From the sequence record MW269952.1: DNA of 64,000 nucleotides. The stretch is one strand, 5' to 3'. The stretch comes from Escherichia phage P479. Positions 54,783 through 64,000 of this stretch are shown in pieces. Both the position numbers and the translations under genes were made by a program. The notes beneath the pieces are model-generated. The model worked only from the letters and a program-made list of their open reading frames with translations, was not told the origin of the DNA and searched no databases. Within the stretch, counting starts at the first letter, position 1. The number at the start of each line of letters is the position of its first letter.

Positions 54783-56607
54783 GAATGAAATTCAAATCCT
54801 TTCTGATGTAGCTCACGTAAAAGCTCGCCCATCAATGTACATCGGTAGTGTTACCAATGAAGACAAAGAAATTTTTCTGTTTGGTGAATATAAAAAGGTT
54901 CAATACGTTCCAGGTTTAATTAAATTAATCGAAGAAATTGCAAATAACTCTATTGATGAAGCTATTCGCACCAATTTTAAATTTGCAAACAAAATTTCAT
55001 TGAATATTGATATCAAAACAAACGAAGTGACCGTTGAAGATAATGGTCGAGGCATTCCACAGGCGATTGTTGTAACCCCAGAAGGCGAAGAAATTCCTGG
55101 GCCGGTCGCTGCATGGACCAAGGTTCGTTCGGGTGGAAACTTTAGTGATGATGCAAATCGTGTTACCACTGGGATGAACGGAGTGGGGTCCAGTCTTACC
55201 AACATTTTTTCAATATTGTTCACAGGCACCACATCAGATGGGAAAAATGAATTAACCGTTAATTGTTCAAATGGACTTGATAATATTTCATGGAAATCAA
55301 AACCATCAAAGTTGCAAGGAACTAAAGTTAAATTTATTCCGGATTTTTCGAATTTTGAAACGTCTGGTTTTGACGAAACATATGTCCAAATTATGCTTGA
55401 CCAAATCCAGACTCTTGCAGTCATTTATCCGGATATCGAATTCAAGTTCAATGGTAAAAAAGTGCAAGGTCACTTTAAAAAATATGCCAAGCAATACGAT
55501 GATGAAATCATTATTCAGGAACAAGATAATTGCTCAATTGCAATTGGTCGGTCACCCGATGGTTTCCGTCATGTGACTTATGTTAACGGAATCCATACAA
55601 AAAATGGTGGTCACCATATTGAATGTGTTATGGATGAAATGTGTGATGTGTTAATCCCGGCGATTAAACGCAAGTATAAAATTGAAGTAACCAAAGCACG
55701 CGTTAAAGAATGTATTACATTGTTGATGTTTATTCGCAATATGAAGAACATGCGATTTGATTCCCAGACCAAGGAGCGATTGACTTCTCCGGCTGGCGAA
55801 ATCAAATCACATATCCAGGTTGATGGCAAAAAGTTAGCTGGTTCGTTGTTAAAATCAGAAGCTGTTCTGATGCCTATTATTGAAGCTGCATTAGCCCGTA
55901 AATTGGCTGCAGAGAAAGCAGCAGAGACTAAGGCAAATAAGAAAGCTTCAAAGGCCAAGGTACAAAAGCATATCAAGGCCAACGAATGGGGCAATGATAA
56001 GCTGGAAACGACTCTATTCCTGACCGAAGGGGATTCTGCAACTGGTCCATTTATCAAGGTTCGCGACCGTGAATTGCAAGGTGCTTATCCATTACGTGGT
56101 AAGTTTAAAAACACATGGGGTTTGAAAGCGGTTGACGTTATGAAGAACGCTGAAGCCTTTGATGTGTGTGCAATTACTGGATTAACGATTGGACAACCAG
56201 CCGAGAATATGAATTACCGAAACATTGCTATCATGACAGATGCGGATGTGGATGGCGTCGGTAGTATCTATCCATCGTTATTGGCGTTTTTCAGTAACTG
56301 GCCAGAGCTGTTCCATGAAGGGCGAATTCGCTTTGTGAAAACTCCTGTTATTATTGCACAGCTCAAAGATAAACAAGAATGGTTCTATTCTCTTCCTGAC
56401 TATGAAGAAGCTAAGGATAAACTTCCGAAGCACACCATCCGATATATCAAGGGGCTTGGTTCTCTGGAAGATTCCGAGTACAAACGCGTATTGCTCGAAC
56501 CAGTATTCGAAGTTGTTCAATTACCTGACAACTGGAAAGAACTGTTTGAAATGTTATTCGGTAAAGATTCCCAGCAGCGTAAAGACTGGATGAATGCGAC
56601 GCTATAA
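54775..56607 (+). CDS. 39: DNA topoisomerase II large subunit gp39 (ATPase plus TOPRIM in one frame)
   Basis: 610 aa; GHKL ATPase N-terminus, TOPRIM LTEGDSA and IMTDADVDG; single continuous frame with no gene-60-style split. Confidence 0.9.
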   Translation: MIKNEIQILSDVAHVKARPSMYIGSVTNEDKEIFLFGEYKKVQYVPGLIKLIEEIANNSIDEAIRTNFKFANKISLNIDIKTNEVTVEDNGRGIPQAIVVTPEGEEIPGPVAAWTKVRSGGNFSDDANRVTTGMNGVGSSLTNIFSILFTGTTSDGKNELTVNCSNGLDNISWKSKPSKLQGTKVKFIPDFSNFETSGFDETYVQIMLDQIQTLAVIYPDIEFKFNGKKVQGHFKKYAKQYDDEIIIQEQDNCSIAIGRSPDGFRHVTYVNGIHTKNGGHHIECVMDEMCDVLIPAIKRKYKIEVTKARVKECITLLMFIRNMKNMRFDSQTKERLTSPAGEIKSHIQVDGKKLAGSLLKSEAVLMPIIEAALARKLAAEKAAETKANKKASKAKVQKHIKANEWGNDKLETTLFLTEGDSATGPFIKVRDRELQGAYPLRGKFKNTWGLKAVDVMKNAEAFDVCAITGLTIGQPAENMNYRNIAIMTDADVDGVGSIYPSLLAFFSNWPELFHEGRIRFVKTPVIIAQLKDKQEWFYSLPDYEEAKDKLPKHTIRYIKGLGSLEDSEYKRVLLEPVFEVVQLPDNWKELFEMLFGKDSQQRKDWMNATL

Positions 56608-56610
56608 ATA
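56603..56610 (+). promoter_or_regulatory. T4 late promoter (TATAAATA)
   Basis: Exact TATAAATA followed by 16-bp perfect palindrome GGGAGAATATTCTCCC (56616-56631) and a small ORF. Confidence 0.5.
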
Positions 56611-56649
56611 GATGTGGGAGAATATTCTCCCGTCTTATAGGAGAAGTCC

Positions 56650-56802
56650 ATGAAAAAGTGGTGGGTTACGTTGTCAAATGGCGAATACGGTTATCTGTGG
56701 GCCGATACTAAACCTTTGTTTGCATCCTTTGTCACCATTATGTGCGAGACCTGGGATGGCGAATACTATACCGCATATGGGCAAGTCTATAAAGTTGAGT
56801 AG
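56650..56802 (+). CDS. Hypothetical small Trp/Tyr-rich protein
   Basis: 50 aa; TAGGAGAAG Shine-Dalgarno; late promoter upstream, terminator downstream. Confidence 0.4.
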   Translation: MKKWWVTLSNGEYGYLWADTKPLFASFVTIMCETWDGEYYTAYGQVYKVE

Positions 56803-56804
56803 CC

Positions 56805-56829
56805 AAAAGGACCTTCGGGTCCTTTTTTA
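56805..56829 (+). terminator. Rho-independent terminator (UUCG tetraloop)
   Basis: AAAAGGACC-TTCG-GGTCCTTTT followed by TT. Confidence 0.75.
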
Positions 56830-56878
56830 TTATGTACAAGCCATAAAAATTGTGTTAAGATGTCCTTGAGGTGAAAAT

Positions 56879-57163
56879 ATGATTATGTCCGACGGAAGTT
56901 TAGTTAATCTGCAGAATGTTGCACGTTGTATTATGGAAGCTGGTCTGAGGAAGGTGCAGGAGCTCCCAGATAGCGACAGGAAGCGAAGTTACTTGTTAGC
57001 TGTAAGAACAGCAGCCATGAGCATTAAGGCTGGCCAGAAGGTCCCTGAGGAGCGAATTGAAGCACTCCTTGCATTGATATACCATGACCAAGAACATAAA
57101 GCTACCATGCGTAGTATGAGAAAAATATTACAGGAGATTGGAAATGACGAACTTCAAAGTTAA
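56879..57163 (+). CDS. Hypothetical protein
   Basis: 94 aa; upstream of rIIA. Confidence 0.4.
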   Translation: MIMSDGSLVNLQNVARCIMEAGLRKVQELPDSDRKRSYLLAVRTAAMSIKAGQKVPEERIEALLALIYHDQEHKATMRSMRKILQEIGNDELQS

Positions 57164-57347
57164 TATGGAACTGTTTGATAAAGCTGTTCATAAAGAATAC
57201 CGCGTTATCCAACGATTTTTTGATATAAGAGAAGCTGAAGAGTTTAAAGAACGCTTCAAAGAAATCCGTATTAAAATAGCTTCAGACACCGCAACAAAGG
57301 ATGAACTTCTTGAAGTTGCAGAATTAATCAAACGTAACATAAAGTGA
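57138..57347 (+). CDS. Hypothetical protein
   Basis: 69 aa. Confidence 0.35.
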   Translation: MEMTNFKVNMELFDKAVHKEYRVIQRFFDIREAEEFKERFKEIRIKIASDTATKDELLEVAELIKRNIK

Positions 57348-57354
57348 GAAAAAC

Positions 57355-59589
57355 ATGATTTTAGAAACTGAAAAGGAAACAATCCTTGGTAATGGTGCCA
57401 AGGCATCAGCATTCACAATCCAGGCATCTCCGAAGGTGTTTAAGATTCTGACCAGCGACCTTTATACAAACAAGGTGCGCGCGGTTGTCCGTGAGCTGAT
57501 TACCAATATGATTGATGCTCATATGCTCAATGGCTGTCAGGATAAATTCATTGTGCAAGCTCCTGGTGAACTGGACCCACGTTTTGTATGTCGTGACTTT
57601 GGTCCGGGTATGAGTGATTTCCAGATTCGTGGTGATGAAAATACCCCAGGTCTGTATAACAGTTTCTTTGCATCATCCAAGGCAGAATCCAATGATTTTA
57701 TTGGTGGCTTTGGTCTGGGTTCTAAATCTCCGTTTAGTTATACAGAGACGTTTAGCCTGATTTCATATCATGATGGACAAGTTAATGGTTATGTCGCTTA
57801 TATGGACGGCGATGGTCCACAGATTAAGCCAACCTTTAGCGAACCAATGAAACCTGGTGACCGGACGGGGATTGAAGTTGTTGTCCCGGTTGATAGTAAT
57901 GATTTTGGTAAGTTCCGCCACGAGATTGCATATATCATGCGCCCATTTGCCGGACTGGCTGAAGTACAAGGCGTAGGCGAAATTAATTACTTCCCAGAAT
58001 TTGATGATTATTATGCTCCAGCGCGTATTGATTATAGCAGCCCAGAACGTTATGGACTTTATGCAATTTATGGTGGAATTGTTTATCCGATTGGTGATGG
58101 TTATACAAAGAAAACCTGGATGACTGCCAAAAATGATGTTGTCTTTATTAAGTTCCCGATGGGTTCGCTGGATATTGCACCTTCTCGCGAAGCGTTATCA
58201 CTGGACAAACGTACGGTCGCAAATATCGTTGAACGTATTGAAGCCCTTGATAAGAAAGTCATGGAAGATGATTGTAAGAAATGGCAGGAATCAGAATGTA
58301 TCCGCCATACGTATCGCGAATTGCAGAGTCTGAGTTATGAAGCTCGTAATTTTCTGAAAGCTCGTAATGCTGAAACGAAATTTACAAAATCACAATTGAC
58401 TTTTAACCAGATGTACGAAATGTTCGAGCTGGACAAAGACCTTATTAATGCCGGGGTTGTCTATGATATCTATAGCACCACCCGTCTGAAACGTCTGCGT
58501 AACTCAAGCTCGAACACGAATACTGCAAGCCTGACAAGCATGTTTGGTATTCATAATGATACCTTGAATATTGTTATTGACGATGCTAAAGGGCGAATTG
58601 CGATGATTCGTGGTATCAGTTCAATGCTGTATGACACCAGCGCGAAAGCCAAAAAGCTCAAAGCATCTGGTAAAGTCCCGACTGTACAAGGTAGCAGTCT
58701 ATTGTTCGTTGACCCAACCAGCGAAATTCAAACACGTCTGATGGTTCAACTTCAAGAACGATTTAAAGGCGATACAGTTAATATCTATCGTACGTCTGAA
58801 CTGACCGCCCTTGTAAAAGACTGGATTCCGGTTGCGGACCCGAAAGAGCGTGTTAAGTCAAAGACTCCATCGGTGATTCGTTGGACTAAAACCAATGGTC
58901 GCTGGCAGTCTGTTGAAGAATTTACATGTGCAGCTGATGCAGAGGAAATCGATGGTTATGCTGTATTCATTAACCGCAGTAGCATTTCCCCGTTGAATCA
59001 AGAATATGGCACCACGACCTTCGGGACTCAAACATTATGCAAACTGGCAAACCTGTTGGAAATCAATGAATTCTGTGTTATTCGTCCACAGCTTCAGAAA
59101 AAGGTTACCAAGCTGGCACAGTGCGATTGTCTGATTGAAGCTGCAGTCAATCGTTATGTGGAATTGATTGATGCGGTTGATGTGGACCAGTACATTGCCG
59201 CTTCAAGCCGTTCGCGTTATTATATTCCTATCCTGTCTGAATATGCAGAACTGAATTTTATGTTCAAGTATTTTTATGCAAAAGACGTTCAGAAAGATGT
59301 GAATACTGACTATGCTGAACTAATGCAGTTCAATAAGTTCTTTGCTTATAACGCATATAACAGTGGAACAGTTGATAAGACCATGCAGGAAACTCTGGTC
59401 CTTTGCAATAAGATTTATGACGACCTGACCAAAAACGCTTCGGTAACAAGCGATAAAATGGTTTTTGAATTTGAAAAGAATCACCCGATTGTTTCACACT
59501 TTTTATATAACCGTAACGCTATGTCAACTGAACAAGTACAGAACGTTGCTCAAATCATGAAGGCCGTGGAAGCGGCCAATAAGGAATAA
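57355..59589 (+). CDS. rIIA: Membrane-associated protein RIIA
   Basis: 744 aa; ETEKETILGNGAKA, KVFKIL.SDLYTNK.RAVVRELITNMIDAH, GGFGLGSKSPFSYT and GSLDIAPSREALSLD match T4 rIIA. Confidence 0.95.
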   Translation: MILETEKETILGNGAKASAFTIQASPKVFKILTSDLYTNKVRAVVRELITNMIDAHMLNGCQDKFIVQAPGELDPRFVCRDFGPGMSDFQIRGDENTPGLYNSFFASSKAESNDFIGGFGLGSKSPFSYTETFSLISYHDGQVNGYVAYMDGDGPQIKPTFSEPMKPGDRTGIEVVVPVDSNDFGKFRHEIAYIMRPFAGLAEVQGVGEINYFPEFDDYYAPARIDYSSPERYGLYAIYGGIVYPIGDGYTKKTWMTAKNDVVFIKFPMGSLDIAPSREALSLDKRTVANIVERIEALDKKVMEDDCKKWQESECIRHTYRELQSLSYEARNFLKARNAETKFTKSQLTFNQMYEMFELDKDLINAGVVYDIYSTTRLKRLRNSSSNTNTASLTSMFGIHNDTLNIVIDDAKGRIAMIRGISSMLYDTSAKAKKLKASGKVPTVQGSSLLFVDPTSEIQTRLMVQLQERFKGDTVNIYRTSELTALVKDWIPVADPKERVKSKTPSVIRWTKTNGRWQSVEEFTCAADAEEIDGYAVFINRSSISPLNQEYGTTTFGTQTLCKLANLLEINEFCVIRPQLQKKVTKLAQCDCLIEAAVNRYVELIDAVDVDQYIAASSRSRYYIPILSEYAELNFMFKYFYAKDVQKDVNTDYAELMQFNKFFAYNAYNSGTVDKTMQETLVLCNKIYDDLTKNASVTSDKMVFEFEKNHPIVSHFLYNRNAMSTEQVQNVAQIMKAVEAANKE

Positions 59590-59590
59590 T

Positions 59591-60565
59591 ATGTTTAATA
59601 TTAAAGCTTTATCCAAATTTGACCAAAACCAGGTAGTTTCTCTTTATAAAACTGGTAATTATACCCAACAGGAACTAGCAGATAATTTCGGTGTATCGGT
59701 TGACACCATTCGCCGCGTTTTGAAAAATGATAAAGAATCAAAATTAGCTAAAACCATTTCTGCATCATTGAAAGCCGCTGTCGGGGTGGCGATTAATGCT
59801 CCAGTGACAGTAACGGTTGAAGTTCCGGTTGTTGAAGATACAATCGGCGGTAGCCGTCCAGAAATCGTATGGAACGCATCAAGCAAATTCGTTTCCATCA
59901 CTGAAGGTCGTACAGTCTGGAACGCAACAAAAGACCATAAACACTTTGATGATATTATTCAGGCATTGATTGAATTCCGTTATGAAGATGCTATCGAGTT
60001 TATTTCAATCAAAGCTGCAGTACAAAAATATGTGAAAGGCGATGTGCGTATTGAAGGTGGTAGTCTGTTCTATCAGGGAATTGAACTGCGCTCCGGCCTG
60101 GTTACTCGTATCATTGATTCAATGCAAAATGGCGAAGACTTTGAATTCTATCTGCCGTTCCTTGAGAATCTCCTTGAGAACCCGAGTGAGAAAGCTGTAC
60201 AGCGTTTGTTTGACTTCCTGGTTGCAAACGATATCGAAATCACCGAAGACGGTCATTTCATCGCATGGAAAATGGTTCGTTCAACCTACAAAGATTGCCA
60301 CTCAAACACATTCGACAACAGCCCTGGCCAATATGTTAAAATGCCGCGCTCTCGTGTGAATGACAATGACGAACAGACCTGTTCAACTGGGCTGCACGTT
60401 TGTTCTAAAGGTTATATCGGAAGTGGCTTTGGCCATGGTGATGGCCGCATCGTATCCTGTAAAGTTCACCCGCGTGATGTTGTAAGTATCCCGGTGGATT
60501 ATGGGGATAGTAAGATGAGGGTCTGTGGTTACCTGGTTCTTGATGATGTAACTGAACAATTCTAA
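59591..60565 (+). CDS. rIIB: Protein RIIB
   Basis: 324 aa; GNYTQQELAD..GVSVDTIRRVLKN, IEGGSLFYQ.IELRSGLV and CSTGLHVCSKGYIG match T4 rIIB. Confidence 0.95.
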   Translation: MFNIKALSKFDQNQVVSLYKTGNYTQQELADNFGVSVDTIRRVLKNDKESKLAKTISASLKAAVGVAINAPVTVTVEVPVVEDTIGGSRPEIVWNASSKFVSITEGRTVWNATKDHKHFDDIIQALIEFRYEDAIEFISIKAAVQKYVKGDVRIEGGSLFYQGIELRSGLVTRIIDSMQNGEDFEFYLPFLENLLENPSEKAVQRLFDFLVANDIEITEDGHFIAWKMVRSTYKDCHSNTFDNSPGQYVKMPRSRVNDNDEQTCSTGLHVCSKGYIGSGFGHGDGRIVSCKVHPRDVVSIPVDYGDSKMRVCGYLVLDDVTEQF

Positions 60566-60598
60566 ATTAATCGGGGCTTCGGCCCCTAATGAGGCTTT

Positions 60599-60796
60599 AT
60601 GTTAGGTTTCCAAGCACGTGCAGTTGAAGAACATGACCAGCTGGTTTTGAAAATCAATGCTCTTGAAGAATTTATTAAGGGCGGTGTTTTTGAAACTCTC
60701 GATGCTCGTCAACAAGGTCTTTTGATTGCCCAGTTAGACGCGATGGGCGCATATGCTCATGTACTGGCAACTCGTATCTCTTATTTTGGTGAATAA
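60599..60796 (+). CDS. Hypothetical protein
   Basis: 65 aa. Confidence 0.35.
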   Translation: MLGFQARAVEEHDQLVLKINALEEFIKGGVFETLDARQQGLLIAQLDAMGAYAHVLATRISYFGE

Positions 60797-60799
60797 ATT

Positions 60800-61069
60800 A
60801 TGATTAAGCATTTCAATGTGTCAGACCGTGACATCAAAGTTTCAAATCTCCGGGGTCATCATTATGCAGGAATAGTTTACTGCGGTAAGCTCATCAAGCA
60901 TGAAGGTGATGTTCACTATGGTTGGTTGGAATGTGATGAAGTAGTTGTTGGGGAATTCCCTGACCCGGATTCTGATACATTTGATGCTCATGACCGTTTG
61001 TATTATGGCGAGCTTCACATCCGTGGAATCGTCGGTATCGATGAGGTCGTAAATGATTCAGAAGAGTAA
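60800..61069 (+). CDS. Hypothetical acidic protein
   Basis: 89 aa. Confidence 0.4.
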   Translation: MIKHFNVSDRDIKVSNLRGHHYAGIVYCGKLIKHEGDVHYGWLECDEVVVGEFPDPDSDTFDAHDRLYYGELHIRGIVGIDEVVNDSEE

Positions 61070-61646
61070 AACATGGGAGCATCTGAAAAAGATGCCCTCC
61101 TTTCTTTATACAAAGGAAGACTTAAACCCCGAATCCCTGCAGAAGATTGTAGATACTGCCAGGTATTCATTGCGTAAAGACCCAGGTCAGGACCGTGAGC
61201 AAGTCATGCAAAGATGCATGGTTGCTACAATGGCTGAACAAGCTATTGCTAAATGGACCTCCGGTTTTTTATGTGGCGGCGATGAAGATTACGATAATCC
61301 TTACTCCTTTGCATTTGATGTAGTTTCGAAGGAAGGGGTAAGAATCGAAGTCAAGACCCACCAGTCTGGTTCCAAATGGATATCCGTGCATACTGGCCAC
61401 CAGGGCGATTATCCGCATGGTTACGGGATTAATCTTGGGCCATTTATGCAGCACAAGCTTGCTGACCTTATGATTATGCTCGATGTAAAAGAGACTCACA
61501 AAGGTTATAGATTTAAACCAAAATTCCTTGCTGGGCCTGGTGCTTTCGTTCCTGAGTCTGGTCTTGTGCAGAAGTCACAAGGGGATGGTTGGTACCTCCG
61601 TTCTTGTTCAGAAGAAAAATTTCCCTATCACCGGTTTACAAGCTGA
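61053..61646 (+). CDS. denB: Hypothetical protein, DenB (endonuclease IV)-like by position
   Basis: 197 aa; lies between rIIB and ndd where T4 encodes denB; sequence identity not verified from memory. Confidence 0.4.
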   Translation: MIQKSKTWEHLKKMPSFLYTKEDLNPESLQKIVDTARYSLRKDPGQDREQVMQRCMVATMAEQAIAKWTSGFLCGGDEDYDNPYSFAFDVVSKEGVRIEVKTHQSGSKWISVHTGHQGDYPHGYGINLGPFMQHKLADLMIMLDVKETHKGYRFKPKFLAGPGAFVPESGLVQKSQGDGWYLRSCSEEKFPYHRFTS

Positions 61647-61693
61647 ACCAACTGTGTAATAATGTCCTCATACCAACAAATGAGGACATTATC

Positions 61694-61969
61694 ATGGAAC
61701 ACGTTACTACTCACAACATCAAACAAATTCTTATCCAAGCACTCAAAAACAACAACATCAATTTTCCAACTCATGAAATTTTTGATGTAACATTCAACGA
61801 AGTCCAGGGTCAAGTTGCATATTATGACGTTATTGTTTATCTTTCAGAATTTGAAGTCTACCACCTGACTGAAATTGCTTTATATCTCTATCGCGGGACT
61901 GCAGATTTTACTGGGGTTGTGAATGCGGTTGGTGCATATAAAGAAGTTAAAGAACAAATGCACAATTAA
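61694..61969 (+). CDS. Hypothetical protein
   Basis: 91 aa from ATG 61694; GAGGA Shine-Dalgarno. Confidence 0.4.
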   Translation: MEHVTTHNIKQILIQALKNNNINFPTHEIFDVTFNEVQGQVAYYDVIVYLSEFEVYHLTEIALYLYRGTADFTGVVNAVGAYKEVKEQMHN

Positions 61970-61976
61970 AAAGTAG

Positions 61977-62030
61977 TGTACATCAGTATGGAGTCAGTGC
62001 ATAATGGCTTCATACTGAGTTACCAAACAG
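61977..62030 (+). promoter_or_regulatory. T4-type early promoter (AAAAGTAGTGTACA family)
   Basis: TGTACA 61977-61982, 17-bp spacer, CATAAT 62000-62005, then CTTCATACTGAGTTACCAAA. Confidence 0.6.
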
Positions 62031-62044
62031 TCTGGAGAAACAAA

Positions 62045-62308
62045 ATGAAATTTAAATTTTACTATGTCAAGCATAAAGTTACTGGGGAATTTGTTGCATC
62101 CGCGACCTTTGTCACCGGCGAAGGCGATACATACACCACAATGTTTTTATCAAAATGGGAATCAGACCAACCATATCTGTCAACTCGCGAAGACCTTCAA
62201 CGTTTGATTGATGGGCAATATAATAATTCCTGGTCCATTGATGTGTATAAATGTATTCAACATGCAATTGTTGAAAATCAACTTGAAATCATTGAGGTGG
62301 AATTGTGA
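62045..62308 (+). CDS. Hypothetical protein
   Basis: 87 aa from ATG 62045. Confidence 0.4.
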   Translation: MKFKFYYVKHKVTGEFVASATFVTGEGDTYTTMFLSKWESDQPYLSTREDLQRLIDGQYNNSWSIDVYKCIQHAIVENQLEIIEVEL

Positions 62309-62399
62309 GCAGCAGAACCTGGTGTTTTATCTGGATGTTGTGCATCCCAGTAATTTGTGTTTGTTTTAGTTTATTATTATTGAAACTTGCATAAAAGAG

Positions 62400-62452
62400 T
62401 GTACATCTCCGGTGGTTGTAGTATAATGAACCTATCAACTACTGGAGATGAT
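62400..62452 (+). promoter_or_regulatory. T4-type early promoter
   Basis: TGTACA 62400-62405, 16-bp spacer, TATAAT 62422-62427, leader CCTATCAACTACTGGAG. Confidence 0.55.
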
Positions 62453-62563
62453 TATGAAAAAGTTACTTAAAGCCATTTGGAACATGTTTGTACTGTTTGT
62501 TGTCCTGAGCATTTTCCCAATTGTTTTTATGATTGACCATGTGCGTGTTTACTTTAACTTCTG
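62453..62563 (+). CDS. Hypothetical small membrane peptide
   Basis: 36 aa (MKKLLKAIWNMFVLFVVLSIFPIVFMI...), below ORF-track cutoff. Confidence 0.3.
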
Positions 62564-62574
62564 AGGAAAATATT

Positions 62575-62721
62575 ATGGGTAATCGAATTTATAAAGTAAA
62601 GCTGCATGGTAAAGTGATTAAAACCCTTAGCTTTAATGCTTATATCAGTGCTGATTGTGCTCGTGATATCCTCATTGAGGAAGGTTATAGCAAATACATT
62701 CAAATTGAAGAAATTCTTTAA
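62575..62721 (+). CDS. Hypothetical protein
   Basis: 48 aa; TGAGGAAAATATTATG initiation context. Confidence 0.3.
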   Translation: MGNRIYKVKLHGKVIKTLSFNAYISADCARDILIEEGYSKYIQIEEIL

Positions 62722-62738
62722 TTACTGAGGAAAATATT

Positions 62739-62942
62739 ATGAAACTTTTTAAAGATGTGGTAGTCGGTGAGAGCTTTGTATTGCATAATGGCCAACAACT
62801 GATTCGTATTTCTCCTTTGCAAGTTGGGACCGAATTACAACCTGTTAATGCTACAGACCTCAATGATTCAACTAAGCGTTTTTGCGTAGGTCCTAGTGTA
62901 CAGTGTCTTACTGTTGATGAACTGATGGCTATTTCTGAATAA
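62739..62942 (+). CDS. Hypothetical protein
   Basis: 67 aa; same GAGGAAAATATTATG context. Confidence 0.4.
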   Translation: MKLFKDVVVGESFVLHNGQQLIRISPLQVGTELQPVNATDLNDSTKRFCVGPSVQCLTVDELMAISE

Positions 62943-62952
62943 GGAAAATATT

Positions 62953-63297
62953 ATGTCTAAAGTATTTTTTGGTAATCGCAACATTATGTTCTTTAAACAG
63001 ATTAGCATATCAGAAGCATTTGATTTAAGTTATTCAGGTGGTACAAAAGCTGTTAGCCTTAAAAATTTGATGTCTGCAGAATTTGCATTCTATCAGGACC
63101 CTGAAACTGGTTTCTACAAATTTATTAAGTTCCGCATGACTATGGACCGCGATTATCGTGACGTTTATTATACAAGTTATGAAAGTGTTATCAATGCAAT
63201 TCGTGAAGCTTATGGATTGGATTCGTTGTCTCTTGACCGCCTGTACAATGCAAGCCTTTACACCAGCGGATTTATTTTAGAACAGCTTCAAAAATAG
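62953..63297 (+). CDS. Hypothetical protein
   Basis: 114 aa. Confidence 0.4.
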   Translation: MSKVFFGNRNIMFFKQISISEAFDLSYSGGTKAVSLKNLMSAEFAFYQDPETGFYKFIKFRMTMDRDYRDVYYTSYESVINAIREAYGLDSLSLDRLYNASLYTSGFILEQLQK

Positions 63298-63303
63298 TGT
63301 ACA

Positions 63304-63347
63304 AACTCTTGGGGTCAGAGTATAATGACCCCACTGGAGCACAAAAC
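63304..63347 (+). promoter_or_regulatory. Early promoter cassette (PeSL), copy of 52274-52317
   Basis: 44 bp with one mismatch relative to 52274-52317; GGGGTCA/TGACCCC hairpin around TATAAT. Confidence 0.65.
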
Positions 63348-63370
63348 TTTAACTTATTGAGGAAATTAAT

Positions 63371-63820
63371 ATGTCTACTTACATGACCCGTCGTGACGTA
63401 CTGAATGCTGGCGCTACTACTGTTGCTTACATCCATAATGGTAATTATGTTGCAGGGCGCCCAACTAAAGAAGCTGTCACTCAACCAGGTTTTTATTTCG
63501 TGGTTAAAGGCGAAGGCGAATCACGTATTGTTGCTGCACGTTTTTATGTTGGTAACCAACGTTCACAACAAGGGTTTGACACTGTATTAAGTCACATCCG
63601 CAAACAACGTTCACAACTGTCGCGCACAATGGCGAACAATGGTGTTATCTATGAAGTCCTGTTTGTTCCAGTTTCTAAAATGAAACCTTTGACAACTGGT
63701 TATGGTAAAGGTCAAATTGCGATGGCGTTCACACGCTCACATAGTTCTGATTGTCAGACCCTTTCAGAAATGAATCGCATGCTTGCTGATAACTTTAAAT
63801 TCATTCTACAGAGCTATTAA
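63371..63820 (+). CDS. ndd: Nucleoid disruption protein Ndd
   Basis: 149 aa; [39 protein letters not shown] and C-terminal [15 protein letters not shown] match T4 Ndd. Confidence 0.9.
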   Translation: MSTYMTRRDVLNAGATTVAYIHNGNYVAGRPTKEAVTQPGFYFVVKGEGESRIVAARFYVGNQRSQQGFDTVLSHIRKQRSQLSRTMANNGVIYEVLFVPVSKMKPLTTGYGKGQIAMAFTRSHSSDCQTLSEMNRMLADNFKFILQSY

Positions 63821-64000
63821 TATGAGTAATTTCCATAATGAACATGTGATGCAATGGCATCGTCATAATCTGAAATTAACTGGCGTCTTTGGACGCCTGT
63901 GAGGAAAATATGCAATCAGTTTTTACTTTTATCTGGCTTGTAGCTGTTATCGTTGCTGTGACTCTTTTTGCTACAGGTGTATGGGTCCCAAGTACTCTTT

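Noticed and set aside
54775-56607. Gene 60-style translational bypass or split topoisomerase subunit
   Set aside because: The ATPase and TOPRIM regions are in one continuous 610-aa frame; no hop element or separate gene 60 is present.
7106-63347. Repeated roughly 45-70 bp cassettes considered as a CRISPR array
   Set aside because: Copies are kilobases apart, irregularly spaced, contain promoter elements and precede genes. They are promoter cassettes, not CRISPR repeats.

Overview
This window is the early/middle-gene region of a T4-like myovirus (Tevenvirinae, Straboviridae), with almost every gene on the + strand. Recognisable T4 homologues run in order: denV, ipII/ipIII, regB, tk, rI, nrdC, endonuclease VII (49), nrdD, nrdG, nrdH, gp55, gp47/gp46, gp45/44/62, regA, DNA polymerase gp43, uvsX, gp41, gp61, dCTPase gp56, segF, soc, modB/modA-like, dda, dexA, topoisomerase gp39, rIIA, rIIB, denB-like, ndd. 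The DNA polymerase is 904 aa and, from remembered motifs, looks closer to RB69-type than to T4. Between the conserved genes lie hyperplastic islands of small ORFs, each fronted by a repeated early-promoter cassette in which the -10 box sits in a hairpin loop (PeSL-like), plus several UUCG-tetraloop terminators and four TATAAATA late promoters. There are no rRNA or tRNA genes and no CRISPR array. The best candidates for something new are: a late-promoter-driven 55-aa peptide with an internal-protein capsid-targeting N-terminus; a minus-strand pair of paralogous small membrane proteins between genes 61 and 56; a macro-domain protein and a pol-beta-type nucleotidyltransferase in the regB-tk island; a small H-G-S-motif ORF in the 41-61 island; and the absence of gene 42 and both glucosyltransferases from their T4 positions although the dCTPase is present. 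All calls rest on reading the sequence and on remembered T4/RB69 sequences; no database search was run.
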